DNA of 64,000 nucleotides. It comes from a virus. Of the stretch, positions 29,239 through 39,994 are shown piece after piece. A program made the translations under genes and the position numbers. The notes below the pieces were generated by a model. The model was not told where the DNA came from and searched no databases. It worked only from the letters and a program-made list of their open reading frames with translations. Location: positions 14,454 to 78,453 of the IMG/VR virus record IMGVR_UViG_3300013102_000007. The stretch is one strand, 5' to 3'. Positions within the stretch are counted from its first letter, which is position 1. The number at the start of each line of letters is the position of its first letter.

Positions 29239-29955
29239 TTATGATTTTATAGCGGATTTTTCGCTTTCTCTAACAGCTTTATTTAGTTGTTGTACAGTTA
29301 ATGATTTTATACGAAGTCTAGCTTTTCTTTTTTCATTATAATACATACGTTCATTATTTGTTTTCTCACCTAAACCTATTCTTGCATCGTCTAGGCTTAA
29401 CTGCCAACGAATATAAAATTTCAAAGCCGGAGCTGCTAATTCATTAATTTCATACTCACCTTCAACTGTATTATAAGATAAATATTTTAAAAGGTAATTA
29501 TCGCTGCTACAGTTATTTTTTACGTATATTTTTCTTTCATTCATTTTAACCATATAGTAACCTATAGTTTCATAGCTACCTAGTCCTAATGACCCCCTGT
29601 CATAAACATAATTGATACCGTCTCCCCTAAAATCACCTCTTACATTTGATGGACTAGAGTTAGTTATTGGTTCACATAAATTAAGATCATCTGTCTTATC
29701 AAATGACGAAATTCCTTGACCATTATCTGAATCATTAGCAATTCCAAAATCTTTTATACTTAAAGCATCTTCAGGTATTTCAACACAACCATCGGAACCT
29801 ACACATACTGGTTTAGTTCTAACACTACCTACAATATCCCAATTAAGCTCTCTCCAACCCCATATTGCTGTTGCGTATGTTTTTGCATACTCGGAAGCCC
29901 CTAGATTTTTACCATCTAAGTAACTTGCCACTATTTCTGATACACGAATATTCAT
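29239..29955 (-). CDS. hypothetical structural protein (adaptor/tail candidate)
   Basis: 238-aa ORF, tightly packed. Confidence 0.5.
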   Translation of the reverse strand: MNIRVSEIVASYLDGKNLGASEYAKTYATAIWGWRELNWDIVGSVRTKPVCVGSDGCVEIPEDALSIKDFGIANDSDNGQGISSFDKTDDLNLCEPITNSSPSNVRGDFRGDGINYVYDRGSLGLGSYETIGYYMVKMNERKIYVKNNCSSDNYLLKYLSYNTVEGEYEINELAAPALKFYIRWQLSLDDARIGLGEKTNNERMYYNEKRKARLRIKSLTVQQLNKAVRESEKSAIKS

Positions 29956-29963
29956 TTATATTT

Positions 29964-30581
29964 TTATAAAAGCGGTATACCATCGTTAGCACGATCTGGT
30001 TGTACCATTGGGTTTGTTAATAAAATAAAAGCATTTTGTATTAGCTTATTTTCAAATTCAGCTGGCAAAGTTAAATCAGAATTGTCATCAGTTGGTATAG
30101 AGTATCTATCTGATATTAAAACTTCTTTTGTCTTAACTTCTTGGTTATAGAAATAAAGCTTACCGTCCTCTCTATAAAACATTACAACACATGGTATCTG
30201 TGGTTGTAACCTTCTTAGTAAAATTTCTTCTCTTCTGATGGGTACGTATATAGTAGAAAACCTATTTACTTGATTAGCATCTGATATTTGTGTGAACCTA
30301 TTTCCAGCTACACTTATTGTTTTTGCTTTAAGTTCAACATAATTTAAAGATTTATCAGTGTCATATTTAACTGTAGCCTTGTAACTAGCAGTTATACTAT
30401 CATCACCATACTTAAAATCTTCTGAATTTCTTTGAAAATTATAACTGGCCAATAGTCCATCAGCTATTCCAGCTTTAATGTGACCTACAAGCTCGCGATA
30501 AGTGTATTTTGAATCATCACTAATGTTACCACCATCTAGTCGTCTCCACAAACGATATGTTAATTCTTTTAAAGTACTCAT
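29964..30581 (-). CDS. hypothetical structural protein
   Basis: 205-aa ORF with ATGA-type overlap to the upstream gene. Confidence 0.5.
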   Translation of the reverse strand: MSTLKELTYRLWRRLDGGNISDDSKYTYRELVGHIKAGIADGLLASYNFQRNSEDFKYGDDSITASYKATVKYDTDKSLNYVELKAKTISVAGNRFTQISDANQVNRFSTIYVPIRREEILLRRLQPQIPCVVMFYREDGKLYFYNQEVKTKEVLISDRYSIPTDDNSDLTLPAEFENKLIQNAFILLTNPMVQPDRANDGIPLL

Positions 30582-31225
30582 TATTCTTTATCTTTGTTTG
30601 TGTTACCTAATTGTAGTGCTAAAACGTCTCTCATACTCATGCCAGCTTTAACTAAAATTCTACTAGTTAATTCGCTTTCTTCATTAGCACCCCACTCATA
30701 ATGTATAGAGGTATTATTATCATAAACTGCTCTATTATTTACAGTAGTGTAGCCGTATTTAATTTCAGAAGGTTCTTTTAAATAATGTATTTTAACATCT
30801 AAAGAACTTTCACCTAATAAGGTTAGCGTAGAAGCATTTTCCAAATAATATTTATCTTGTTCATTTGGACTTGCCAATGGATCATCAAATATTCTGGCGT
30901 ATCTGTCTTCATCTATTGGCTTAACTGGTATTTTTCCTACAGCCGTATAAATAGCTGTTATATTTCTCAATCCCTGTGGAATTGTTAATAGCTCATCAAT
31001 AAAAGATGCTGATGCAATTTTTCTAAAAGGTCTTAATCTTTCATCAACTAGCCTATTTTTTCCATAAACAATTCTTGGGGTAGTTTTAATACCAGAAAAA
31101 TCATCAAACATTTCTTGACTAGCTTGATTGCCGTATCTTTCGTACTCTTCTGGTGCTATATAAACACCATTATTTTTAGAAAGTAAATCGTTTACTAAAT
31201 TATAATTACTGCCTACGTTAATCAT
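30581..31225 (-). CDS. hypothetical structural protein
   Basis: 214-aa ORF, first gene after a terminator and a TAnnTTTG box. Confidence 0.5.
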   Translation of the reverse strand: MINVGSNYNLVNDLLSKNNGVYIAPEEYERYGNQASQEMFDDFSGIKTTPRIVYGKNRLVDERLRPFRKIASASFIDELLTIPQGLRNITAIYTAVGKIPVKPIDEDRYARIFDDPLASPNEQDKYYLENASTLTLLGESSLDVKIHYLKEPSEIKYGYTTVNNRAVYDNNTSIHYEWGANEESELTSRILVKAGMSMRDVLALQLGNTNKDKE

Positions 31226-31295
31226 GTAGTTATCTATTTTTATTACTACAAAGATACTTTATAATTGGCGTAACATTTGAAAATGGTATAAACGT

Positions 31296-31321
31296 AAAAA
31301 GCTACCTCCGAAGAAGTAGCT
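31296..31321 (-). terminator. intrinsic terminator with UUCG tetraloop
   Basis: Minus strand: AGCTACTTC-TTCG-GAGGTAGCT (9 bp including one G.U) followed by TTTT. Confidence 0.7.
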
Positions 31322-31348
31322 AGTTGGACAAGAGAGAAAAAGAAGTCC

Positions 31349-32278
31349 TTATTCAGCCAATTTGGCTTCCATTCTTTCTTTGAAAGCTTTCGCTCCGGCA
31401 TCGCCTATTAAAACATATTTTGTTAAAGCATCGTCTGCTCTTTCATCATCTGAATAGGTTATAATAACACCTTGTGAATCTTTCCATTTAACCATGTTGT
31501 TGTCATCAGTTAAAGCACCTTTGGTGAAAAGTTTCTGAATGTTTGATTTAATTTCGTGTTTTGGATCAGTAAATTCTTTTAAGAAAATATATGGATCATT
31601 TTGAGCTTGTTCATAGGCGAATGTCTTAATTGCATCAGCACTCATAGAATCAACTGGTTGTAAAAATACAGAACGAATAAAATTCGAAATGTCTTTTGGT
31701 GAAGCAGCTCTAATAATTAATTGTGCATTAATTTTAGCATCAACAAGCGATAATTTTTGTTTATCCTCTTTAACTTCATCAACAAGTCTATACATATCGC
31801 GAATATACTCATTTGATGGTAGGACTTTTGATTTTCTATCAAAACCATCTAAGGCCAACATAAAGCGTAGACGTGAAGCATCCATTCCACTAATTACTAA
31901 TTCTCCATCAGTAAAAATAGGAGTTGTTGCATCAATAAGCGCATTTGGGTCTTGTTCATCCAAATATGGAGATTGCTCACTGCTACATAACCTAATTGAT
32001 CTTGTAGTTTGAGTTTGTTCGTCCCAAACTTTAGCCTCCCTCGGCATAATAGAACGAGGATTAGATTTATGTTTCAGTTTAAATTTGTAGTCTCTTGAAG
32101 GATCAATTACTACTCCGTTAAAAACTTCTAAATTGCTTTCACTACCAGATTCATCATCGGTCAAAGCATCAATTTTTTCTTGTAATTTTTCAACTGTGTT
32201 CCAAGCTGGTGTGGGATTTTTACCTGAAAGCTCTTTGTATTTAGCTCTTAATTCGGCAAGTTCTTCTTTTTGTGACAT
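31349..32278 (-). CDS. hypothetical head-associated protein
   Basis: 309-aa ORF between two strong terminators, directly after the capsid gene. Confidence 0.5.
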   Translation of the reverse strand: MSQKEELAELRAKYKELSGKNPTPAWNTVEKLQEKIDALTDDESGSESNLEVFNGVVIDPSRDYKFKLKHKSNPRSIMPREAKVWDEQTQTTRSIRLCSSEQSPYLDEQDPNALIDATTPIFTDGELVISGMDASRLRFMLALDGFDRKSKVLPSNEYIRDMYRLVDEVKEDKQKLSLVDAKINAQLIIRAASPKDISNFIRSVFLQPVDSMSADAIKTFAYEQAQNDPYIFLKEFTDPKHEIKSNIQKLFTKGALTDDNNMVKWKDSQGVIITYSDDERADDALTKYVLIGDAGAKAFKERMEAKLAE

Positions 32279-32312
32279 ATCTTACTTTTCTTTCTTAGTA
32301 CAAATTTAAAAC

Positions 32313-32337
32313 AAAAAAGGGGTTATTTTACAACCCC
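32313..32337 (-). terminator. intrinsic terminator after the capsid gene
   Basis: Minus strand: GGGGTT-GTAAAAT-AACCCC followed by TTTTTT. Confidence 0.7.
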
Positions 32338-32363
32338 CTTCTTAACTTATTTTAAAGCCACTC

Positions 32364-33719
32364 TTACAAGTGGATTTTAGCAAATTTAAACGCTTTAATG
32401 TTGTACATTTCAATACCTTTGTAAGAGGTTAAAGCTAAGTCAACAACACGTTTTGTGCTTTTACCAACTAACGCACCGTCAGTATCTAAGAAAGTCATTT
32501 GACCACCTTCTGAATCTGATTGGTAACGTACTCTGAAGTAAGGTAATTGTCCTTCAGCAGCATCGTTGTAACGAGTACCAATTGGGAAAAATACAGCTGA
32601 ACCTCTCCAAAAACCTGTGTTCATATCGGCACCGTGGGTACGGGCAGAGTTGAAGTAAGCATAATTTTTAAGGGTCAACTCAATACCGTAGATTTTAACT
32701 GAATCAGAGAAATCAAATACTCCTTGAATTTCTTTAGTTGCAGAATCTACGTCTACGTTAACTACAATGTTTGAAGCTCCACCACCTAAAGATTGTAGGT
32801 AAGCTTGGTAAGCAATCCAAAACTCAGTATCACATAATACCTCGTATTTAGTTGTGTAACCATCGGCATCATTCGCACGTTTTAAATCTTGGAAAAAGCT
32901 TGTTGATAAAGCTGTTGTAGCTGACAAGTCAGTACCTTCCGCGATAATAGTTGGGATAAAACCTCTTGCAGTAGTATTTGCGTTTCCGGCTGCTTCGGTC
33001 ATGTTATCCATAAAGTCACCAAACATCAATTTCAATTCTTGAGACATAATGTGCTCTGGCTCCATTTTTGTCCTGTCAATTGTGTAATAACTTTGGTTTT
33101 TGTATTCCAGAATTTCGAATTTGGCTAAATCTGTGTAAGATTTGTTTGTACGAATGATCTGCATATCTCTGTCACGAGAAGTAAATCCTTCATAGATACC
33201 ATCTTGTTGTTCAGAACCTTCTTTAACAGAAGTTCTACCTTGGAATTTAAGGAATGAAGCAGTTGTCAAAGCAGCAGTTTGTGAAGCTTTTGTTGGAGCT
33301 AATGTAACTGTGTGAGCACCGTCAGTAGTTTTATTTACTGCACGAACCTCGTATTGAATACCGTCTTTGTCATCCTCATAAACTTGACCAACGGATACTG
33401 GTGAATACCTTCCAGCTGATAAGTGAGAACCTGAAGTTAATGTAACTGTTACAGCTGCTCCTGCACTACCACCTGTTCCGGCAGCAGTTACTTTAAATGC
33501 TGGCAATGGTTTGTTGTTATCTAGCCATTGTTTCCATTTTTTAGTTGGGCTATATTTAGCTGAACCACTGGCTTCAGTTTTCATGATAAATGAATCCTTA
33601 ACCAAGTCTGGATAAGTTGTAATGTAATCGGTGTAATTGTGTGTGTTAAGTAAGGCAAATTGTGATAAAATGTCATACTTCATAATAGGAACCGAAAACT
33701 GATTGGGAATTGTTGGCAT
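32364..33719 (-). CDS. major capsid protein candidate
   Basis: 451 aa. Follows the acidic scaffold-like gene and is followed by a strong intrinsic terminator. The call is by synteny. Confidence 0.65.
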   Translation of the reverse strand: MPTIPNQFSVPIMKYDILSQFALLNTHNYTDYITTYPDLVKDSFIMKTEASGSAKYSPTKKWKQWLDNNKPLPAFKVTAAGTGGSAGAAVTVTLTSGSHLSAGRYSPVSVGQVYEDDKDGIQYEVRAVNKTTDGAHTVTLAPTKASQTAALTTASFLKFQGRTSVKEGSEQQDGIYEGFTSRDRDMQIIRTNKSYTDLAKFEILEYKNQSYYTIDRTKMEPEHIMSQELKLMFGDFMDNMTEAAGNANTTARGFIPTIIAEGTDLSATTALSTSFFQDLKRANDADGYTTKYEVLCDTEFWIAYQAYLQSLGGGASNIVVNVDVDSATKEIQGVFDFSDSVKIYGIELTLKNYAYFNSARTHGADMNTGFWRGSAVFFPIGTRYNDAAEGQLPYFRVRYQSDSEGGQMTFLDTDGALVGKSTKRVVDLALTSYKGIEMYNIKAFKFAKIHL

Positions 33720-33738
33720 CGTTCTTAATGTTTAATTT

Positions 33739-34881
33739 TTATAATCTGTTATCTGATTGGGCTTTTGCTGCTTTAAATAAACCTCTATCAAAAGGTTCAT
33801 CGTTATCCGGCATTTGCCTTTGTTTAGTACCGTCATCAAAGTTTAATAAGTCGTTTTTAACGAACTCTTTTCTAGCAGTAGCAGCGGCTTCTTTAGCAAC
33901 TGTTTTAAGTAGTTTTTTAAAGTGAATTTCTTTAGCTTTATCCTGTACAAACCTCTGTAAATCAGGATTACCTTGAGCATCAACATATTTACTATCTCTA
34001 GCACTAGCAATGTATTCGTTTAATTCTTCTTGAATTTCACTTTTTTCTTCTTTACTCAACTTGTAGTCTACATTAAGAACGACCTTGTTCCCATTATCTT
34101 CATATTCTACTTGTTCAGTTAGAGATTCAAGAGGATCAATAACTTGCTTTAATTGTGGTATCCAATATTCTTCTTTATTTTTAATAGCCTGTTCAACTAA
34201 ATCTTCCTGATACTTTTCAGGACTAAAATTTTCTTGTTGAACTGTTTCTTCTTCTACCTCAAATTTAGGTAGGGTCAAAGATTGTTTTTGCTGTTCAAAA
34301 TATTCTGCTGCTTGGGCTGAGTCTTTTTTCAAAGCTCTAGCACCTTTAGCAATTTCTTTTTCTATCAGTTTGTTTTCACGTTTAGCAGCAGCAACTTCTT
34401 CCGGTTCCATCACATCCTCATCTATTTCAATTAAGGATAATCCAATACCGTACTTATCTTCAAGCTCGTGAGTAACATCTTCTGAATCAAATTCAGGATT
34501 TTCTGCTGATATTTTTCTTTTAACCAATTCTAAAGCTGGTAAAGCTTTGTAATCAGTATTTTTTTCATTCAAATATTCTCTTAATGTTTTTTCATTTTCA
34601 GTAAGAAAACTTGAATAGTCAATTTCTTTTTTGGTTGGTTGGCTTTCGGCTTTTAATCTAGCTTCTTCAGCATCTTTTTCAGCTTGAATTTCTTCAGCTG
34701 TTTTTTCTTGACCTTCAGCAGCCAATCTATCTGCTTCTGCTTTTTCCTCGGCAGCTTTATCAGCTAAAGCTTGAGCTTCATCATTTGCTATTTTTTCAGC
34801 CTCTAATTCTTCTGCTGTTTTAATAACATTTTCTGGAAGTTCAGCACCTAATTCTAATGCTTTATCTAAAAAATTTGACAT
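33739..34881 (-). CDS. scaffolding protein candidate
   Basis: 380 aa, very acidic (Glu/Lys/Ala-rich) and coiled-coil-like. Lies between portal and capsid. Confidence 0.6.
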   Translation of the reverse strand: MSNFLDKALELGAELPENVIKTAEELEAEKIANDEAQALADKAAEEKAEADRLAAEGQEKTAEEIQAEKDAEEARLKAESQPTKKEIDYSSFLTENEKTLREYLNEKNTDYKALPALELVKRKISAENPEFDSEDVTHELEDKYGIGLSLIEIDEDVMEPEEVAAAKRENKLIEKEIAKGARALKKDSAQAAEYFEQQKQSLTLPKFEVEEETVQQENFSPEKYQEDLVEQAIKNKEEYWIPQLKQVIDPLESLTEQVEYEDNGNKVVLNVDYKLSKEEKSEIQEELNEYIASARDSKYVDAQGNPDLQRFVQDKAKEIHFKKLLKTVAKEAAATARKEFVKNDLLNFDDGTKQRQMPDNDEPFDRGLFKAAKAQSDNRL

Positions 34882-34948
34882 AAATATTTTTCTTTTCTTT
34901 CTTGACTACAAAATTAATATATTAAAAAATATAATTTAGAACAGGGTT

Positions 34949-37381
34949 TTACATTAGCCCCTGTTCTTGTGCTATTTTTGTCGCTTCATCTTCGGATATT
35001 TCACCTGATTTAACACCTTGTTGCAATTGATCTGCCACTTGCTGTTTTTGTTCTGCATCTACTTGTTGTTCAATTTGTTGATGAGTTATATCAGCAGATT
35101 GTTGAGTTTTTAAAGTAGCATTTTGTATTGCCATTTGAACAAGTGGTGCGTATGCATCTGGTATAGGTTGTCCTGTTTTAAAAGACTCAGTTATTAAGGT
35201 CAAAGCCCCATTCATCATAGCTAAGATTTGGGCACCATTATTTTTTGCTTCTTCTTTAGCAGCTTCTGCTTGCATGGTAATTTGAGCAGTTTGTTGTTTA
35301 GCCTGTTCAACTGCAACTCCGGCCTGTGCAGAATAGTCAGCAGCAGATTTTTGATTCTGTTGAGCTTCCTCTTGTTTTTGTTTTCTACGTTTTTCATATA
35401 GATAAGCTAAAACTTTTTCCGCTTGAATAGGGTCTTTAATATTATTAATTTTAATAGCATCTGGAATTTCCAAGTTACCAGCAGATAAAGCAGTGTTAAT
35501 ATACTGTTCCAAAGTAGCTTTATCCTCATCAGATATTCCTAAAGAAAATTCAATATCATAACTAGATGCAGTGATTTCTTTTCTTTTTTGAATAAATTCT
35601 ACATTTTCTTTACCCAAATATTTAAGATAACCTTTATTTACATCACCATAATTAAGTGCATCCCAAATACGAATACCTATTTGACGGATTAATTCTCCTA
35701 CAGATTTATAGTAAGCTCTGTATATAAACCAAGTAGCTGTATTAGAAGCTTCATTTTGAGCTTGCATAAATTTAAAACCTGTTCTAGGTGCAGCAGCTGA
35801 TCCATCACGAAACTCATTTACACCTAAGTAATCTCTTATATTAGAAAGTTCTTGATTGTACTGAGTAATGAATACATTCATTTTGGCATCTATGGCATTT
35901 TGATTTGCCCTAATAGGTGGCTGATTAGTTGGCATCCCATTTTCACCCTTACTACTCCAATATAAACGTCCGGTTTGTTGGTGAATCTGCATAATATCCA
36001 AAGGTTGTAATTCTTCACCATTACCTAAATCTAAATTCATCAAACCATCAATATCAATTATGTAGTCATCTGGTGTTGATTTAGCTATCAATTGCTTAAT
36101 CTTAAGCACAGCAATATCCATATTTCTGACTGAATCAATCAAAAATGTCATTAAAGATTTAGGCAACATTCTACCTTTATTCATAGGCATGAAGAATATA
36201 AAAGGACATAAAAGTTCTTCTTTATCTTCACCTTTTCTCAAAATATTTTTTTGTTCACCCCACTCTAAACAAATAGATGCATCACTTGTAAAAAATCCTT
36301 CGTAAGCAGTTTGAGGATATTTATATCCAACTTTTTTACGACCATCTGATTTTTCTTGTTTTAAAGGTAGACTGTAGTCAATATCGAATACCTCTCTACC
36401 ATACCTATCTTTACCTTCTACATAGGACATTACTTTAGAAGTCTTCCACCAGATGTGTAGGATTTCTATTGTATAGTCATCATAAGGTCTTGAGTTAGCA
36501 TTTCTATAGTCTTCTGACCAACTAAAAGTTCTGGATGGATTACCAAATCTACCCATACAATCTTTGGCACATGAAAATAAGGCTCTTTCCTGCTCTGGTT
36601 TTAATGCGTATTTTCTTCTAACTGAAGAAATAGTTGTTCTTATATACCTACCTTTAAACTCCGCATCGTGAGTATCTTCAAAACGAGAATTATCACATAT
36701 AATATCCTCAGCCATTACAGTATCTACAACAAGTCTACCATTGTCATCAATGTAGTTATACAAACCATGATACTGAGCAACGAACTGTTCATCAAGTATA
36801 TGATTCTTCATAGCCTCAATGTCATTATCTTTTAAAGCGAAAGAAATCATTTTTTGCATAAGCAATTCCTCATGCTCTTTATCGTTTAAAGCAGAGTAAA
36901 CATCCAACTCTTCTTTACTGGTTGGAGTAAATTCACTTTGATCGATTAATGGTAATCCGGCTTGCTGAGATATTTGTCCCAACTTATCACCGTACTCCAT
37001 CCTAAATTGAGCATCTGATTTTTTTCTATCTTTTCTTTCTTGAATATCTTTTGATGTAGCTATTGCTGAAGGGTACTCATTCCTCATAAGATAACCATTA
37101 ACAACAACACTTTTAAATTTTGGTGCTATAGGTCTAGCTCTATAAGACATATTTGCATACATCTTTTTACCATCAATTTCTAGCTCATCTAAATATTGTG
37201 AAATATCTTGATTACCTTCCGCGTATTTTCTGCTCTCCGAAATGGTCTTACTAAGTGCTTGTCTATGAGTTAATGTAACGCCCAATATGGCACTTGCTAC
37301 CTGTTTACCGTACTCAGGTGAGTCTTTTACAGATTTTGGTTCAAGACCATTAGGAAAATTTACAATTGTATTTGTAGCCAT
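34949..37381 (-). CDS. portal protein candidate
   Basis: 810 aa, immediately downstream of the large terminase, with a Gln/Ala-rich helical C-terminal tail. Confidence 0.65.
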   Translation of the reverse strand: MATNTIVNFPNGLEPKSVKDSPEYGKQVASAILGVTLTHRQALSKTISESRKYAEGNQDISQYLDELEIDGKKMYANMSYRARPIAPKFKSVVVNGYLMRNEYPSAIATSKDIQERKDRKKSDAQFRMEYGDKLGQISQQAGLPLIDQSEFTPTSKEELDVYSALNDKEHEELLMQKMISFALKDNDIEAMKNHILDEQFVAQYHGLYNYIDDNGRLVVDTVMAEDIICDNSRFEDTHDAEFKGRYIRTTISSVRRKYALKPEQERALFSCAKDCMGRFGNPSRTFSWSEDYRNANSRPYDDYTIEILHIWWKTSKVMSYVEGKDRYGREVFDIDYSLPLKQEKSDGRKKVGYKYPQTAYEGFFTSDASICLEWGEQKNILRKGEDKEELLCPFIFFMPMNKGRMLPKSLMTFLIDSVRNMDIAVLKIKQLIAKSTPDDYIIDIDGLMNLDLGNGEELQPLDIMQIHQQTGRLYWSSKGENGMPTNQPPIRANQNAIDAKMNVFITQYNQELSNIRDYLGVNEFRDGSAAAPRTGFKFMQAQNEASNTATWFIYRAYYKSVGELIRQIGIRIWDALNYGDVNKGYLKYLGKENVEFIQKRKEITASSYDIEFSLGISDEDKATLEQYINTALSAGNLEIPDAIKINNIKDPIQAEKVLAYLYEKRRKQKQEEAQQNQKSAADYSAQAGVAVEQAKQQTAQITMQAEAAKEEAKNNGAQILAMMNGALTLITESFKTGQPIPDAYAPLVQMAIQNATLKTQQSADITHQQIEQQVDAEQKQQVADQLQQGVKSGEISEDEATKIAQEQGLM

Positions 37382-37442
37382 TTAAACTGTGTATTATATA
37401 CTTGCAAAGTTAAGTTATATTTGAGGCTAGTTTTAAAACAGG

Positions 37443-39485
37443 TTAAGCAATAATTCTACCTTTTATAAGAACTTTGAATTCACCTCTTTTCACTTTTTTC
37501 TTTTTTATAGGCATACCTAGCGCCATTAATGCGTAGCCATCCCCCATACAAGCATCAAAATCTGTACGATTATTTACATCAAAAGCCAACCTATCTCTAA
37601 TCAATCTAATGAAAGGCACCTTAAATACATCGGATTGTGCTACCTCAACCATTAAAGTTAAGTGCTCTTCTCTTCCTTCCTTATTTTGTGCGTTTATACC
37701 ACGTATTATAGTACCATCAGACTTAATTTGAGTTATTATGCAATACTCTTCAAAATTCTTTTTAAGGTCTTTATCTTTAGCAAATTCAACCCAATCAGAA
37801 GGAGCAAGTTCCCCAAGGAGTTCGACTCCATAGTATTGTAAACCCCAAAATAATTGTTCGTGTACTTCTTTTTTTGTATTTAACCTGCCTAAGAACATAG
37901 CTACAGGTCTTCCTGTATTATCGGGGTCTAAGCTAGAGTATCTGTTTCTAATCATACAGCAAGCATCTGAACCCTTATTTCCCACCATAATTGAGTGAGA
38001 ATAAGTATCCCATCCAGCTGCTCCAAAAGATTGGTTAGTTGGAAATTTTTTACCAGCTTTGTTAAACTCAAATTTGTTACTTTCTTCTTCTGGTAAAAGA
38101 TAATCTATATACCAAAGTCCTGACTTATCATCGACAAATTTTGTACGACCATCGTCCATCATAACAAATTTACCTCTACGGCCTAATTCGTCTTTAAGTA
38201 CATTTTTACCTTCTCGTATAAGTTTTTCTTCTAACTGACCTAATCTCTCTTTTAATTGTTCAACATTTCTAAAGTGAGATAATGTAGTAGCTGTGCTAAA
38301 AACTTCTTCCCAAGTAAATGGAGCTGTACGAATTTCCTCTGCTAAAAGCTCAGGATCATGTTCATTAAGTTTTCTTTGTAATTCTAAGTATTCTCTGGCA
38401 CCCATGTGTGGTGCAGGACAACCCATTGATTTAAGATATTCAGATTGTTCTGGTGTAGGTGTATCAACTACTGAATTACCAAATTGATCTATAAAACCTT
38501 CATATCCTCTATAAGCCGGAATAAATATTCTGAACAAACGAGAAGAGGTCTGGTTAAGCTCATTTCTTTTTGCAGGATCAGAGTCGATCCACATTGTTTT
38601 AAAGTTGTCCCCACCTTTATCTCCCCTATTTACAGTTGAAACAATAGCAGCTTTACCTTTAACAATAGCACCTTTAACAAATACTTTTTGAACAGTTTTC
38701 CAATAAAGGGCGATATTAACTTCTTCCCATTTAGCAGCTTCATCAATAAGTATTCTCAAGAATTTACCAGAGTCATAAGAGTTGGCGGCAGTTGATCTCC
38801 AATCTATTTCATTATTTAAACCTTCCCTTACTCCACCAGTATTTTGATCTTTTTTAATACGACCAGCTTGTTTTTTGATACTTAGTTTTGATTTACCAGC
38901 CTCATTACCTTCAATCCTTGGTTTTAAGAATACGGGTAAAGCTTGAAATGCAGAAACTATAAATTGAAAAATATCACTCGCATCCGTACCTGTCTTAGAA
39001 ATAGTACCCTGTCTTTTATTACGCTCTATAATACCATTACGTAGCTGTATACTGGCTTCCATAGATGAAGCACCCAAACGTCTACCTTTTATAAGTATAG
39101 TACCTAAACAAAGAAAATCTCTTTCAGCTATTTCTACAAATCTAAAATATTCTAATGAAGTATCTCTATATTCTGGATAATATTCATTTTCCAACAAAAA
39201 CCATTGCAAGAAAAAATAACACATACCATTTAGATATGTGGCCTTACCATCTATATAAATCCATTCACCATCATAGATTCTGTCTAGCTCTTGTGATAAC
39301 CATTCAATTTGATCTTCTCCCCATTGAGTTACATCATTCGGCCAATCCCAATTTTCATATTCAGTCCTACGAGTCCAAAGTTGTTTACTTCTTGGGAGTC
39401 CATAGTTTCTTATCTTTGTTAAAGTTGGTCTTTTAGGGGGTAAGTACTCTAAATCGGAAATTATTATTTTTTCCTCTGATTCCAT
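37443..39485 (-). CDS. terL: terminase large subunit
   Basis: 680 aa. ATPase-like KGRRLGASS and LRILIDEAAKWE, with a C-terminal nuclease-sized domain. Position is upstream of the portal. Confidence 0.75.
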   Translation of the reverse strand: MESEEKIIISDLEYLPPKRPTLTKIRNYGLPRSKQLWTRRTEYENWDWPNDVTQWGEDQIEWLSQELDRIYDGEWIYIDGKATYLNGMCYFFLQWFLLENEYYPEYRDTSLEYFRFVEIAERDFLCLGTILIKGRRLGASSMEASIQLRNGIIERNKRQGTISKTGTDASDIFQFIVSAFQALPVFLKPRIEGNEAGKSKLSIKKQAGRIKKDQNTGGVREGLNNEIDWRSTAANSYDSGKFLRILIDEAAKWEEVNIALYWKTVQKVFVKGAIVKGKAAIVSTVNRGDKGGDNFKTMWIDSDPAKRNELNQTSSRLFRIFIPAYRGYEGFIDQFGNSVVDTPTPEQSEYLKSMGCPAPHMGAREYLELQRKLNEHDPELLAEEIRTAPFTWEEVFSTATTLSHFRNVEQLKERLGQLEEKLIREGKNVLKDELGRRGKFVMMDDGRTKFVDDKSGLWYIDYLLPEEESNKFEFNKAGKKFPTNQSFGAAGWDTYSHSIMVGNKGSDACCMIRNRYSSLDPDNTGRPVAMFLGRLNTKKEVHEQLFWGLQYYGVELLGELAPSDWVEFAKDKDLKKNFEEYCIITQIKSDGTIIRGINAQNKEGREEHLTLMVEVAQSDVFKVPFIRLIRDRLAFDVNNRTDFDACMGDGYALMALGMPIKKKKVKRGEFKVLIKGRIIA

Positions 39486-39928
39486 TTACCTTCTTGTAAT
39501 TGTTCCAAAGCATTACCTTCAGCTAGTTTAATTTCTTGTTTTTTAATTGACTCAGCTATTTCCGGTCTAAGACTAGCAGCTTTATCAGATACAACACTAA
39601 AATCGCCAATCATCTTAATCATAGTTGTGATAGTTGACATAATTGTATCATTACCTAAAAGCTCTAATTTAGATGCGCCTTTTATAGTTTTTTCCTTTTT
39701 AGTTTTTTCATCAACAAAAGTAAAATCTGGTTCAGCAATATCTCCCCTACTGATACGTTCAATATCATCAGTCATCACACCCACTACATTATCTAATGCA
39801 ATGATTAATCGTTTGACATTACTAGCATCAAAGTTCATAACATAGTCATGTATTTCATTTAAGTAGTCATCAACTTCTTTAATACCAGATTTTAAATCAG
39901 GTCTAATTTTAAATTTCTCTTCAGCCAT
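39464..39928 (-). CDS. terminase small subunit candidate
   Basis: 154-aa ORF overlapping the terL start by 22 nt. Called by position only. Confidence 0.4.
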   Translation of the reverse strand: MAEEKFKIRPDLKSGIKEVDDYLNEIHDYVMNFDASNVKRLIIALDNVVGVMTDDIERISRGDIAEPDFTFVDEKTKKEKTIKGASKLELLGNDTIMSTITTMIKMIGDFSVVSDKAASLRPEIAESIKKQEIKLAEGNALEQLQEGKWNQRKK

Positions 39929-39933
39929 AAAAC

Positions 39934-39957
39934 AAAAAAGCCACGTAGTTTGTGGCT
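39934..39957 (-). terminator. intrinsic terminator between the GroES-like gene and the terminase genes
   Basis: Minus strand: AGCCAC-AAACTAC-GTGGCT followed by TTTTT. Confidence 0.6.
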
Positions 39958-39994
39958 ACATGGCAAATTTACGGATATTATATCTTGTATTTCT

